Source: Harriotta raleighana
Taxonomy: Eukaryota
NCBI GenBank assembly: GCA_050575255.1
Contig: JBNZDD010013640.1
Span: forward strand, 2,530,834 to 2,594,833
DNA: 64,000 nucleotides
Reading direction: 5' to 3'
The translations under genes were made by a program, and so were the position numbers. Shown piece after piece: positions 11,740 to 24,950 of this stretch; position 1 is the first letter of the stretch; each line of letters begins with the position of its first letter. Below the pieces are notes generated by a model. It made no database searches and was not told the origin of the DNA. It saw nothing but the letters and a program-made list of their open reading frames with translations.

Positions 11740-12850
11740 GGGGGTATTTTGGGTGTCTGGACCGGGACTTTGTATATATTAATGACCTGGAGTCGCAGAT
11801 CCAGCGTGAGATAAATTTGGACACCCCATCTAGATGGAGGGATCTGTGGAAACAGAGGAAGCAGTACACGTCCTAGAAAAAGAGTTTGCTGGTTTCTGAA
11901 CAAGGGCCAATAACTAGTAAATAATGTTTAATACAGATAAATACAAGGTACTGCATATAGGATCCAAGAATAGGAGACACAAGTACTTCACGGATGGGAC
12001 AGAATTTGCTAAAGGAGTAGCTGAAAAAGATCTAAGGGTGTTAGTTTACTTGTCCACAATGTAAAAGGGAGCAATAAACAAGGCACACATTGAGAGTAAC
12101 AGCTCAATGCAGACCATATTGCTAAATCAGTTGCTCTTAAATCCCCAGATATACGTTATGGACAGAATGCACCTGGAGTATTGCATACAATACTGGTCAC
12201 CATGACATAAGGGAATGGCCAGTCTCTCTGCTTCTTCAGCAGAGCAGAGGAAAGTAATGAGGATGATCTCAAAAGTTAGAGGAATGACAAACGTTAGCTC
12301 TTCAGTCTTGAAAGAAGACAACTCAGAGGGGACATAATAATAATATTTGCATTTAATATATCACTTTTCACGTCTTCAAAGCTGCAAAGTGAATTGACTG
12401 CATATATGTGGGCAAAACGCAGCAGCCAATTGGACACAGAAGTGTCTCACACATGGTCTGGGATTCAAATGACCAATTTATTATTGTGTTTTTTTTAGGG
12501 ATTATTATTAGGTGTGTTTGTAGACTGAGTACTTTAACCTTGGAGCTATAAGATTCCATCATGGACGTGTATAAAAAATTTAATTGGATTGAAGCAAACA
12601 CAGACCACTATTTTAGAATGCATCAACACACAAAGACATGGGTTGCGAATGGCAATTTCAGGACATATATCAAGACATGTTTCTTTATTCATAGGTGCAC
12701 AAGCACTGGAACAGATCGCCAAGAAAGATGCAAGAAATGAGGACACTGGACTCATTTAAAAAGCAGCTTGATGATGTGACGAGGGATGGTAGGGTGAGTG
12801 TTTTGGAAGAATGAGATTGGATAGACTAAAGAGCCTTTTTCATCCAAACC
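11740..12850 (+). mobile_element. CR1 LINE RT/3' fragments, interrupted by a SINE at ~12335-12545
   Basis: YINDLE, FNTDKYKVLHIG, EKDLRV, HLEYCIQYWSP motifs. Confidence 0.75.
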
Positions 12851-13164
12851 AATCTTGACTCTAGATCTGGAACATTGTGTGTGGTTATTGTGACATAAAT
12901 AATCTAGCAAGGCCTTAGAATCATTAAAGTGGAAAGTCATGAGACTGATAACAACATCCACTCTTATATAGCACTCTTCACATACGGTAGCACCTCGGAG
13001 AGCTTGCATTGTCTTGGAGCACTTATTCCCCAATGCAAGAAAGATGGGTTTTATAAGATATAAAATAAACCTGGGCTCTTCATTCTCAAAAGAAACATGT
13101 CAGAAGTGAATGTATAGAGGTACTGCCTTTCCTCCCTCACATCAAAGCAATGACTCGCTTTGCC

Positions 13165-13815
13165 TTTCCCCACCTCCGCAACATTACCTCACCCCTAAAG
13201 CCACTGAAACCCTCATCCTGAAATCTTCATTACATCCCGTCTCGACTATGCAAATGCCTTGCTGGTCGGCCTCCCCAATTCCTCCCTCCACAGACTGCAG
13301 TTAATTCAAAACTCTGCAGGCCATGTCCTCTACCGTTCCAAACTTTGTGACCCCCACCTCCCCCATCCTCGCCTGACTCCATTAGCTCCCCAACACCCAG
13401 AGGATCCAATTCAAGATCCTGGTCCTCACATATAAAGCCCTCCACAACCTCGTCCCACCCTACATCCGTAATCTCATATCCCCTTACCAACCTGCCCACC
13501 CCCTCCGCTCAGCAGACTCTGGCTTGCTCCATGTCTCCCAACCCACCCACCTAAATATTGGCAGGTGAACCTTCAGTCACTCTGCCCCCAACCTCTGGAA
13601 ATTTGCCTCGCACTTTCCCTGGCCTCCTTCAAGTCTCGTCTCAAGACTCTCCTCTTCGATGGTCCTATAGGTGACTTCTGCCCGCCACCCACCCCCACCC
13701 TCCTCCTCCCCCACCTTGTCCTTAGCTCGGGTCTGAAGCTGTAACCTGCCCAGCACCTTGGGACGTCCTCCTGACGTGAAAGGCGCAATATACATGTAAT
13801 TTTGTTGTTGTTGTA
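13165..13815 (+). mobile_element. L2 LINE 3' portion
   Basis: SRLDYANALL, LQLIQNSA, QRIQFKILVLTYKAL, L2 terminus with (TTG)n. Confidence 0.88.
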
Positions 13816-15606
13816 AATAAGATATTTATAGAAGTAAATGAGTTGCTTTATGGGCCAAAGCCCCTGCCCTTGACTCGGTCCCGGGATCCGCTATTGTGAA
13901 GCGCTCTGAGATGCCGCCCGGCGTGAAACGCTTTATATAAATCGAAGATGTTATGGTAAACCATTATTAAAACAATTGGAACAACAACTTGCATTTATAT
14001 GCAAGTAGGATAGCATTGTGAAGCACCTTAAAATAGTTTCAGACACATCAAGAAAGTAGGATAAGAGGCTGCAGGCTCATAGTTTTGAGAGTCATGAACA
14101 ACAGAGTTACGAGTATCGCTTTACATTGAGGGTGATCAACAGCTAGAACATATTGTCAGGGTTGAATCCAAACTCATGGGAATTAAGAGACTGCTAGGCT
14201 TGAGAGAGATGATGTAGCAACATCACTGATGTTAGTTAACAGATACGGAGTGACTGAAATGAAATATCTATTCCAATTTTGACTGAAATATCTATTCCAA
14301 TTTTAAAGAGGTAAGCAAGTCTTACAACTCAACTTTGTCACATAAGTTTTTATTGTTTCACATCCATAAATGGAAACTTATTGATCGTAACTATATCCAA
14401 ATTAATTACTTCACCGAGAAATTTCATTTTATAGAAAACTTTCAGTAGATCATAACATCTGAGATGGATAGAAGCAAACAGAAGCAAAAAGGTTGAGATG
14501 GACAATCAACTGCATGATTATTTTGTTTTAAATTTAATTTACTTACACAGGTCTCCAATTCCCAACCCAAAAGCTGCTCATTCACCATTTGTGGTGTTCA
14601 CTGGTTATACAAGTGTAATTTTGTTGTTGTTGTCTTTTGTGACTGCAGTCAGTTAAGGATAAGGATCGAGTTGAATATTTAATTTTAAAAAGCATTGCAT
14701 CGGAGAGGTTTTGATTAATTCTATGAACACAAAGAATATTCTGTCCTCAATTCAGTCTGAAGGAAACTGGTCAAGGCTTATGCTGAGTTAGCTGACATTT
14801 TTCAGAAATCAATGACATTTCTGCTTTATTCTCCTTTCCTGAAATTACTTTGAATTCCAAAATGACCCTGTTATTTCCCAAATAGTCTAAAATAAACAAA
14901 ATGAATGTCAACATTGAATACAGAAAGTACCCCAAATTCCCTGTGGTAGTTTCAAACTGAATTTCAATCCAAACTGAAAACACCATCCTTCAGCTATAGT
15001 CTGTTTGATCAACTGGAAGCTTGCTGGTCAGTGCTAATTTTTCTCCTGGCCTCTGCACATTCTCCAGATGTCGGAACTCAACCAGCTGAGGTGAGTGACT
15101 GGACCACCTGAGGATTTGAAACACAACCAACAAACCCTCAGCTTCCAGCACACTGAAGGGAAGTAAGAGTAATGATCTGATCTGGTTTGTTTAAGGTATG
15201 AATACCACAAAGCTTTACAAAACAAAATACAGCACAGAAACAGGCTATTTGGCCCAACCACTCCATTCTGGTGTTTATTCCAGGCCATTCAGCCCCACCA
15301 GTCAGTACTGGAATTTATACTAAAACAAAGACTCAGTTCACTCCTTACTTCTCTCCCATATCCTTCCACTCCATTTTGACCTACAAACTACACTGTCACT
15401 CCACTTCACAATATATTCTATATAATGTACAATAATAATCCCCCCCAAAAAACAATAATTAAATTGGTCATTTCAATCCATGACTGGTTGTGGAACACTG
15501 CTGTGTGCAATTGGCTGCCGTGTTTCGCCCACAAGTATACAATCAATTCTCTTCACATTAAGTGAAGCGCTTTGAGACATCTAGAAAATGTGAAAAGCGT
15601 TATATC

Positions 15607-15883
15607 AAAATGCAAGTTTAATGCAGAGAAGTGTGAGGTGATTCAATTTGGGAGAAGAAATGAGGGGAGGCAATATAGGCTAGATAGTACAATTTTAAGG
15701 GGTGTGAAGGAACAGAGAGACCTGGGGATTTGTGTTAGTGACTCTTTGAAGGTGGCAGAACAGGTAGACAAAGCTGTTAAGAAGGTATATGGGATACTAG
15801 GCTTTATAAATAGGGGTATAGAGTACAAAAGTCAGAAAGTGCTGACTAACCGCTATAAGACTTTGGTTAGGCCTCAGCTGGAG
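15607..15883 (+). mobile_element. CR1 LINE RT fragment
   Basis: FNAEKCEVIQFG..EQRDLG..GILGFINRGIEYKS..YKTLVRPQLE. Confidence 0.9.
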
Positions 15884-15884
15884 T

Positions 15885-16066
15885 CCCCCACAAACAGTCA
15901 TAGATTGAAATGACCAATTTTACTATCGTAGTTTTTTGGAGGGATTATTGTTAGGCGTGTGGAGTAAGGAAACTTGCCCAAGGTTTCGCCCTGATCTGCC
16001 TGGATTCGAACACAGGTCTCATGCCTGTAAGGCGAGTGCTCTAACCACTGAGCCACAGGAGCTCCG
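15885..16066 (-). mobile_element. tRNA-headed SINE, 5' half
   Basis: Reverse complement of GGAGCTCCTGTGGCTCAGTGGTTAGAGC...GTTCGAATCC. Confidence 0.9.
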
Positions 16067-16340
16067 AAGTTGTCTTATGATAAGACGCTAAATCAAATGC
16101 AAGGATTATTATTTATTCCTTTCTCCCTGGAAGTTTAGCTTCTTCTTGAATGTATCCATACCATCTAGACTATTGCATGAGATAACCCATGTGCAATGCC
16201 AAAGCATGTATGTCCCGTGCTTCTTGAGATGTTAAGTTCATGGTCTCATGAATAGATAGAGGTGAGGGATTTCATTCCAAGGAGAACCTTCACAAATCGA
16301 AATGTGTTTACATCTAAATGGTTAGTGAAAGTGATATTGT

Positions 16341-16689
16341 GGAGCTCCTGTGGCTCAGTGGTTAGAGCACTCGCCTTACATGCCTTACAAGCATGAGACC
16401 TGTGTTTGAATCCAGGCAGATCAGGGCGAAACCTTGGGCAAGTTTCCTTACTCCACATGCCTAATAATAATCCCTCAAAAAAAAAAACACAATAATAAAA
16501 TTGATCATTTCAATCCATGACTGTTTGTGGGGGGGTGGGGGACGCTGCTGTGCGCAATTGGCTGCCGCGTTCCGCCCACAAATATACAGTCAATTCACTT
16601 TACAGTATATTCTGTGAAGCTCTTTGGGACGTTCATAAGATGTGAAAAGCGCTATATCAAATGCAAGGATTATTATTATTATTATTATT
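16341..16689 (+). mobile_element. Full-length young tRNA-headed SINE (CORE-like remnant + Deu-like 3' segment + L2-type tail, (ATT)n end)
   Basis: A box TGGCTCAGTGG, B box GTTTGAATCC, CCTTGGGCAAGTT, GCTGCTGTGCGCAATTGGCTGCC, GTGAAAAGCGCTATAT, ATT repeats. Confidence 0.93.
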
Positions 16690-18599
16690 GGGTTTATATG
16701 TCAACACCATTTCAAACCAGAAATGAAATTATAATCTGGAATTCCCTCAAATACAACTTTTATTTAATATACCAGGATAATCCAGTCCATACGACTAGGG
16801 GGGGAATTTTCTGCCATGTGACAGCAATTGTAGTGAGCAGAGAATGGCAATGGCACTTTAAATTTGTGAATGCTAAGGCCATTGGTGAATGACATGCAGT
16901 TGTAGCCTCGTGGGGAAAATGACTGTGTAAATGTACCTCAATGCCAAGAAAAGTACCTAAGGACTTAAAATCTCTTCCCAAACAACACCATTTACGTCAC
17001 CATGACTTGCAAGAACTAAGGTCATCTGTTTTGTTTGGCATAAAGACATGAAAGAATTTTTTGAACCCTACAGTTGGTAACCTTACCAAAAAAGAAACAT
17101 AAGCCCTTTGGAGTTACATCAACTCAGAAATTTGGCTCATCGTTGTAGAAATGGAATAGTTTTTAAATATAAAATGATTATATTTTGTCAAATTATGCTA
17201 CGGCATCATAAAACAAATGCGCTAGTTTTTTTTATATATAACTTTCCAAGCTTTTTTTTCTGAAAACAAGGAAGTGGAGGTTGTGCATTTGTCTCATACA
17301 AGTTTCATTTACAAGAAATGAAAACCTTTGCCAATAATCTACGCATTAATATGCGCTTAAAAATCAAGAATATATTTCTAATTTCCAACGTGCCTTGGCA
17401 ATTATTACTCCAGTCCAGCTATGGGAAAGCCAATTGAGGACATGAAGCTTCAGTAATAGGTTTAATTATCTCAAGGCTGCTTACTTGGTGGGAGAATTAA
17501 GTGTGTCAGAATTTCACTTAATGGTAGCAATGGAATCCGAGAGACAGCTGGCATCCAATACTCCTCAAAAAGGCTAATAGCAACTCGTTGAGAGGTAATA
17601 TTTTAGGACAGCCATAAGGACATAATTCTTTCCCCAAAGGTTATGAACAACCGAAACAGATCACCACGAAAGATGGTTGAAGTCAGGTTGCTTCACTCAT
17701 CCTAGGTTGAAGAATGCATTACACTCATTGTGTGATCTTGTAAGGATGTACTTGCAATTTAAATTGCAAATACAGTGTGTGATCCGAGCTAGTTCCAACG
17801 TGACAAGCATGACAATGGAAAGACTTGACAATGGAATTGGATTGAGCTCAGTGGACTGAGCTCATGCATGTCCTAAAGGTATTGGCATTACTTGGGGACA
17901 TCTGCAAATGTAACTATCTTGCACTCAGTCTGCATACAAGGAACATGAGAAACCCTAGTAGAAATCCTGAGGCACCCCAATTAATGTCTCCCTCATTTTG
18001 ACCTAACAACTACCCTCTGGTATTTTCTCTTCAAGCAATTTCAAATCCATGTCTATGTTTTGCCCTTGATACCCAGTGACATAGATTTTTTAAAGTATCT
18101 TTCATGTGTACTTTGTCACAGGCATTTTGGATGTTGTTTACAGCTTCCCATCGGTAAGAGTGGGATGTCACATGCTCAAAACTATTCTGTCAATCTCGTC
18201 AGAGAAATTATTTGGTTACACAATTTGAGTGACAGTCAACTCTGGCATATTCCATATTTCAATGAACTCTGTTATAGTCTCGCCACAAAGCCATTCTGAG
18301 TTTTAACCAATATACAGGGAAGAAATCCTACTCAGTCTATTTTCTTAGTCTTTCAGAGAACTTGGCAAATAGTTTAATTGAGTCTTAACACTGAAATCAT
18401 TTTTATTTAACTTAAAATAATTTGCAGAAAATCTGCTTCAAACTAAAGCTTTTTTAAGATTTGACAAATTCTAGCTAGGCTCTCTGAAGAAGCTAAGGAA
18501 ATAAGAGTAAATCCAGATGCAGGTTTAATTTCTCCCCTGTAGTCCTTTAAGTACCTTACTCTGCTTAGACTGGTGCATTGTTGAACAAATTATATCAGA

Positions 18600-19300
18600 T
18601 CAATGATACAATTCCACAAGGGACTGCTATTTCCCTGGTCCCATTCATTCCACTGCAAGGTTTTGAAAAATATTAGTTTTGCACTCTAGCAGAAATTGGG
18701 AAATTTAATGCGTATTCCTTGTCAGCAGGCACTGTTTAATTGGTTTCCTCCGGGGAGAGGTAAAGCAGGGTCTTCGGAGAACTGAACTGCCCCCAAGATG
18801 ACATGTTTAGTAATGGAATGTCAGAATCAAGACAACCCTCTGTGATAGTCTTGGTAGTCCATTTCCTGAGCCAAATGAGTTCCCAAATACTCCATAGCTC
18901 TGCTAATTATAGTTTGGTTTATCGGCAGCCAGTCATTGTGCATAGGGATTCTTCCCACTCAGCTCCCCTGCAAGCCAAAGCCCTAACGGAGGGGGAGGTC
19001 CACAATGTTCTAAGATTCCTGATGCTCACTTAATGTATAATTTACCTAGAGGAGAATGTTTCTTCCAGATATAGCCTGGACAAACAGCGGGGAAGCTTCC
19101 CAGAAGTTCTTTCAATGACAAGCTATGTGGATTTAGTTTAGTTAGTAAACTGCTCCTTTCTTCCATACATTAAAAAGTTCCAGGAAACATGAGAATTTAT
19201 AGAATCCTTCAAATCAGTCAAGTATTTTGCTGAGCTGTGTATGCAACAAACCCATATCTCACATCCACTTCAGGGAAGTAATATACAATTCTTCTGTTCT
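18600..19300 (-). pseudogene. Decayed coding sequence of an unidentified family (copy B)
   Basis: Gap-free nucleotide similarity to ~33030-33130; shared peptides RAMEYLGTHLAQEMDYQD, ADKEYALNFPI, TDLKDS. Confidence 0.45.
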
Positions 19301-21114
19301 CTAGGGTACAAACAATTTTACTTCTGTATATTGTTTCTTTGAAACTTCTGAAATAAGAAGCCATTTTAAAAAAATAAAATAGAAACTATCAGTACTTCAT
19401 TAACTTAGGATGTTTTCCTAAAGAAAAGAAAATATAAATGTATTGCATGCCATTTGTGGAACAATGTATTAAACATCTGAATGTACCATAGAGAAAGCAG
19501 AATTGCAGTGAACTTCAAAAAAGGGTATACTGTACTTAGATATGTTAAAAATACATCTTACTGTAAATTTATAATCCAAGCAAATGGGGGGGAGGCTATT
19601 CTGTTTCATTCGTTAAATTTAGGGAACTAAATGTGCACTGGATTATTCAGAGAGCTTTTTGCTTCAAGGATGTAAACTTGGGTGCTTTCCATTGAGATTT
19701 GTTATTAAATGCTCTGAAGGCCACAAATCTCATTTAGTCTTTAGTCTGTAAGTTCATTTTGTCTTAAACCTTTAAACTGTGTTAGAATTGGGAAAAAATA
19801 TTTAAATTGTTTTTTTATTTGGAGTTTCTTGTAGTTTCCATAAAAGGAACATCATTAGTAGAGGGTGTGGTTCCATACACCTGGTTAAAGTTAACACAAT
19901 TAATGGCAGATTAGCCAATTGGACTGAAACTTGTCTGAACAAAAGAAAGTTAATGATGATAATGAAAGGAAATTACTTTCTGGAGGCAGCGAATGGTAGA
20001 GTTTTGCAATGTTTTGAGATTCCTGATTCTCATGCAATTTATAAATGATCTGAAGGACAATGTTTCTTCCAAATTAAGACTAGATTTGAGAAATGTCCAT
20101 AAATCAGCAAAAAAAAATGATCTTATAAGAGCAAGTGGATTTTGGACTGTGATTCACATTACTCTTTAATTCACGTTACTCTTTCTAGTGACCTGAAGTA
20201 TGGCTAGGAAATCTGTAACTCCACTTAGGAAGGAGATTATACAGTCAATTCACTTTACAGTATATTCTGTGAAGCGCTTTGGGACGTTGATAAGATGTAA
20301 AAAGCGCTATACAAATGCAAGGATCATTATTATTATTATTATTATTATCATGACTGGATGAAGATCCTTCCAGTTGTGGGTGACATGGTTTCAATCACAA
20401 AAAGCAATCCCCATTTGAGATTCGGATTCCTTATGTAAAGGAATTGTTTCACCCAGAAAATATAGTCGATTCGCTTTACAGTATATTCTGTCAAGCGCTT
20501 TGAAACATCTCGAAGACACGATGAGGGGCTACATCAAAATGCGAGGAAGATTATTAAATAATTCTGTTAAAAAATGTCTGCAACATAGTGTGCTTATGGT
20601 AAAAATTTCACATTTATGGTTTAATATCTTTAATTTAATTTGTTACTCATTATGCCATTTTACATTTTCTAATTTAATTTTGTTAAGCTGAATTACTTAT
20701 ATATAAAAAAATACTTTTTATAACTGAATCAGTTATATAAACACAAACTACAGCAAATTCACTACATTTAGCAAGCCCTTGAACCCCACTGCACTCTGCA
20801 ATGCACAGTGTTGCCTGAACAATCTGTAGTCTATGAGATTCTAATAGTTTTTAATCTTCAGTTATTTAGAGGGTCAAATGTGACTAACCTCTAATAACAG
20901 AATGCATAGACTGGAATTGGTCTGATTGTGGCAATCATTTCAACATCTCTGTATTTCCAGTTAGGTTAGTTTGCAGCTGGTTCCAGATTTTTCTTTCAAT
21001 TTATGCCAGTTCACAGATTTTCTTTTACCTCCTCCTCCTCCTCCTAGTATAAACAATAGCTTACAGATGCCATACGTGTATGCGTACAAACAGCAATGTT
21101 AAAAGTGAACTCAC

Positions 21115-21130
21115 CAGTCCTACTCTTCAT
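21115..21130 (-). CDS. Candidate first coding segment MKSRT(V), in phase with exon 3569-3712
   Basis: aggATG context, donor CTG|GTGAGT at 21114-21109, phase 1. Confidence 0.3.
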
Positions 21131-22789
21131 CCTGTTCTATGAGAGAGGTTCATCAAACCCACTGTGGAATGCTTGTGACGAGCAGGACATATGAGGACTT
21201 TCGTGTCTGCTGTTGTTTTGATTAACTACCAGAGGAAGTGGTTTGTTGACGCCAATAACCATCCTTACTGTGTCACTACCATACCCCCACCCTCCTCACT
21301 GCACAGAACACCAGATGGTAACAGAATTTAGTATTCCAGGAGCACTCTATCCTACATATTCATTTTCTGCTACAGTTATAGAGAGTAGTTATAGGTCAAT
21401 CTGTCAGTACATGTAAAGTAAGTTAGAGTTAAGTGCCACTTAGTATCTGTTCATCATTAGGTTCTGCTTTATTCGAGTATAACCTTATTAATATCAGTTG
21501 TAGATGAGCGAGCTGGACAAAGATCACAGTTATAATCTGTCACTGCTTCTCCGGGTTTGGAGAATCATGTCCAGCCAGGTTCATCACATCAAACTGATGA
21601 AAAAATTGATTCATAAAACGCCATCATATTAAACAATTTCAATATGAAAAGAAAGCAACACTTCCTTTAAATAAGGAATTCGAAAAGTTAGATTTCCTTC
21701 TATCTTGTAAGCTTCATTTGCTGAACCCATCACGTAGTGTGAATCTCTGTCCCAAGAATTGCAAAAGCCCAGCTTTAAGCCTAAATTCATGCTAAATTAG
21801 CTTAGTTTGGCAATGTGTTACGATTGGCTTCAAGGTCCCTGGTCTGAGGAAAGAAAAATAAGCAAAGTTCCCTCTCTTGAACAGTATCCAGCAAAAGCAA
21901 AAGGATGCATGGATGGAAGTTAGATAAAGAAAGAATGAGCATTTTGATCTTTGCTGAGACATGAAAAATGACCGCTTGGAAGGTTACCAGTGGTCAATGA
22001 ACAGTACAACAGCATTGAGTCATTCATTGAAAGAGGAAGAGGTACCACTGAAAAATGTACTTCCGAAAGTTTTGTTATTATTTTATTTTACTTTACCCCC
22101 ATCCCTTCCACCTCACTCAGGTCTAATCCTGCCACGGCGAAGCACTCTGAGATGTTATCCTATGTGAAAGATGCTATATCAATGCAATATTGAGGCAGGA
22201 TCCATATCAGCTTTACAAAAGGGTACGAGATGGATATTTAAAAAGGAGTCATTTGCAGGGGTATGGGGAAAGTCAGGCTTTCTCTTGCAAAATGCCAGCA
22301 CAGACACAATGGGCCACATGGCCTGCACAAATGTTCTGTGGATCGTGGAGAGTATGAGTAAAGTTAGAGAAACTCAAGTTGACAGAGAAAGATTGTAACG
22401 AGCAGTGAGAGGGATTGTAGAAAGATAGGCAAGAAAGGCAAGTTAATGTCCCCCTCTCCAAGCAACAGAGCATTCACTAGTTTAAAAAGAAAGCAGCAGA
22501 TACTGCCATCCACGGCTTTCTGTGGCTGTATACCTTTCTTTGTCAGGACGTGCCAGAACAACCAGTTATCCTGCTGGTCAGAAATGGCTTATCAAGCAAC
22601 TGTGGCAACAGGTGTCCCCAACACACTATATTTGCTGAACAGAGAATGGAGTTAATGTAAAACATACGCTGAAATTCCCGGATAAATCACTTCCCCCACA
22701 GACAACGACGACAGCCACCACAACAACAAAATTACATTGATGGAGCACCTATCACATCGGGTAATTGGTATACATTCCAGCCGGTGTGT

Positions 22790-23195
22790 AAGTCTGGCTT
22801 AGTTTGTTGCACTCGCACTGGATACAGAAGATTCTGGCTCAAGCCCCCAAATTGGGACTTTAAACTGATATAATCAAGATTGATGCTCCGAAGCAAAGCT
22901 GGTTGGTGTGCTGCATTATTGGAGGTACTATCTTTCGTTAAATTGAGGGTTAATCTGCCTGTTCAGGTGGATGAAAAAGATCCCATGGCATTATTTGGTA
23001 AGAGAAGGGAATTTCTCCCTGGCCACCAATCCCTCAAATAAAATTGATCATTCACTCCATGGCTATTTGAGTGACATTGCTGTGTGCAAATTAGGTTTAA
23101 TGACTGCCTGTCGCATTCACCTACAAGTACAGTCACTACAGTTGGCAGTAAAATGCTGTGAAAAGGTTTGAGGTATCTCAAGAATGTGAAAGGCA
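22790..23195 (+). mobile_element. Old near full-length DeuSINE/SacSINE1-like SINE
   Basis: Degenerate tRNA head, TCTGCCTGTTCAGGTGGATGAAAAAGATCCCATGGCATTATTT core, TTGCTGTGTGCAAATT, L2-type tail. Confidence 0.78.
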
Positions 23196-23254
23196 CTACT
23201 GTTTATCAAATACTGTGTAAGGATTGTCATTACTGTGAAAGTTGGGCAGAGCAA

Positions 23255-23475
23255 ATATTATTAATAATCCTGGCATTTGATATAGTGCTTTTCACATCTT
23301 ATCGACGTCTCAAAACGCTTCATAAAACATACTGTAAAGTGAATTGACTGCATATTTGTGGATGAAATGCGGCAGCCAATTGCGCACAGCAGCGTCCCAC
23401 AAACAGTCGTGGATTGAAAATGACCAATTTTGTTTAATATTGTGGGGGGTTTTTTGGGATGGATTATTATTATTG
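23255..23475 (-). mobile_element. tRNA-headed SINE, 3' portion
   Basis: Reverse complement of the SINE body and tail. Confidence 0.85.
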
Positions 23476-24665
23476 CATCTTAACTGATAAGTGGGGAAGC
23501 TAAGACAATGAGATTCCTCAATAATAACAGCAAAATTACATTTGTAGAGCGCCTTTCATGTCAGGAGACTGTCCCAAGGCGCTGAACAGTCAGGTCGGGA
23601 TCCAAGCTAGGGGGATATCAATCATGATAGCGTCAAAAACCTAAGGTGATAACTTTGAACATACATCCCAAAGTTTATGATGTCTGCAATCTTCTGATCA
23701 GTGTGTGTGTGTTGGGGTGGGAGTGGGGGGCGGACTGGGGAAGTGGTCTGAAAGCTGGACTTATTGAAAGCTGGTGATGGCAATATTGAAGTTGAAAGTT
23801 GCAGTCACAATCGTTGGCATCAACAGAGTATTTGTGGTGTAATGGCGACACTCCAAATTCACTTGTAACTCTGGTCATACAGCATTTAGTCATTAAACCT
23901 AAATCCCTGAAAACAGTGCGCGTCTGTTCAATCAATAAAACTAATGAGGTCTATAAATCCTGCTGTGTACCTCTTCCAAAAGTGCCTAAACCAGCAATAC
24001 CTTTCCACTGCTGTGAAATCTGGAAAGCAACATGAAAACACATCCAGAGTGTACTCTGCTCATCCCACTGTGGACCAACAGTCGAGTTTAAAAGAAAACA
24101 GCTTGTGCAAACAAAATTGCAAAGTGCTATTGTAGTTCGTAATCATGCAACAGTGAGACTATACATAAAAACAACAAAAAGAGAGTTCGCAATGTGAAAT
24201 CTGCTTAGTAGTTAATGTTAGTAATAGAAATGTACAATTTTGCATTGCCAACAAATGATATTTCATATCACACAGAGGCGTTGGCCAGAGTTAAGAATGC
24301 CAGTGTCTCTGCCCCCCAAAATGCCATTACCATACCTTCCCAACACCCATATGGGTATTGGGGGAAGGTAGGGGCTATGGCATTTTTTGTCCTTCCATCT
24401 GACTAAATACAAGCACAGGAGAAGTGCCATTTATTTCATAGCTAAAGACAGGGCTCATTCAGTCCTGCAACAATTAACTCAGCAAAAATTCTTGTTTGCG
24501 ATTGATGGCAGATTAGGAAGAAAGCACTTAATTTGCAATCCATTACAGAGCATTAGTGCTACACCTTGTGTTAATGAATTATCTCGTGTTTAACACGATT
24601 TAGCACGGCCACTAAGCAAGTAAAGATCTGCACAACAACCTGACTTCTCAATGGTGTGTCATTGT

Positions 24666-24950
24666 GGAGTCCGGTAGCTCAGTGATCAGAGCACTCGCCT
24701 CGCAAGCAAGAGACGTGGGTTCTATTCCCGGCGGGGGCGATTGTCGGATCGCTTCTCCAGCAATAATAATCCCTAAAAAACAACAATAACGATTTGGTCA
24801 TTCAACTGTTTGTGGAACACTGCTATGCACAATTGGCCGCTGAGTTTTACCCATAAATATACAGTCAGTACATGTTAGAGTATACTCTGTGCTTTGAGAC
24901 ATCCACTAAAAACGTGAAAGTGCTATATCAAACGCAAGGATGATTTTTAT
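24666..24950 (+). mobile_element. tRNA-headed SINE
   Basis: GTAGCTCAGTGATCAGAGCACTCGCC head plus body and tail. Confidence 0.82.

Noticed and set aside
15068-15090. MSELNQL resembles the G-protein beta N-terminus
   Set aside because: Only 7 codons, the exon is shorter than the known first coding exon, and no WD40 exons follow
16341-16415. tRNA-like sequences (also 37925, 51232, 57090)
   Set aside because: SINE heads: anticodons vary, no proper 3' acceptor strand, always fused to the SINE body
18803-19033. MFSNGMSESRQ resembles a BTB-domain motif
   Set aside because: No other BTB motifs; the paralogue at 33 kb does not keep it and supports a minus-strand frame
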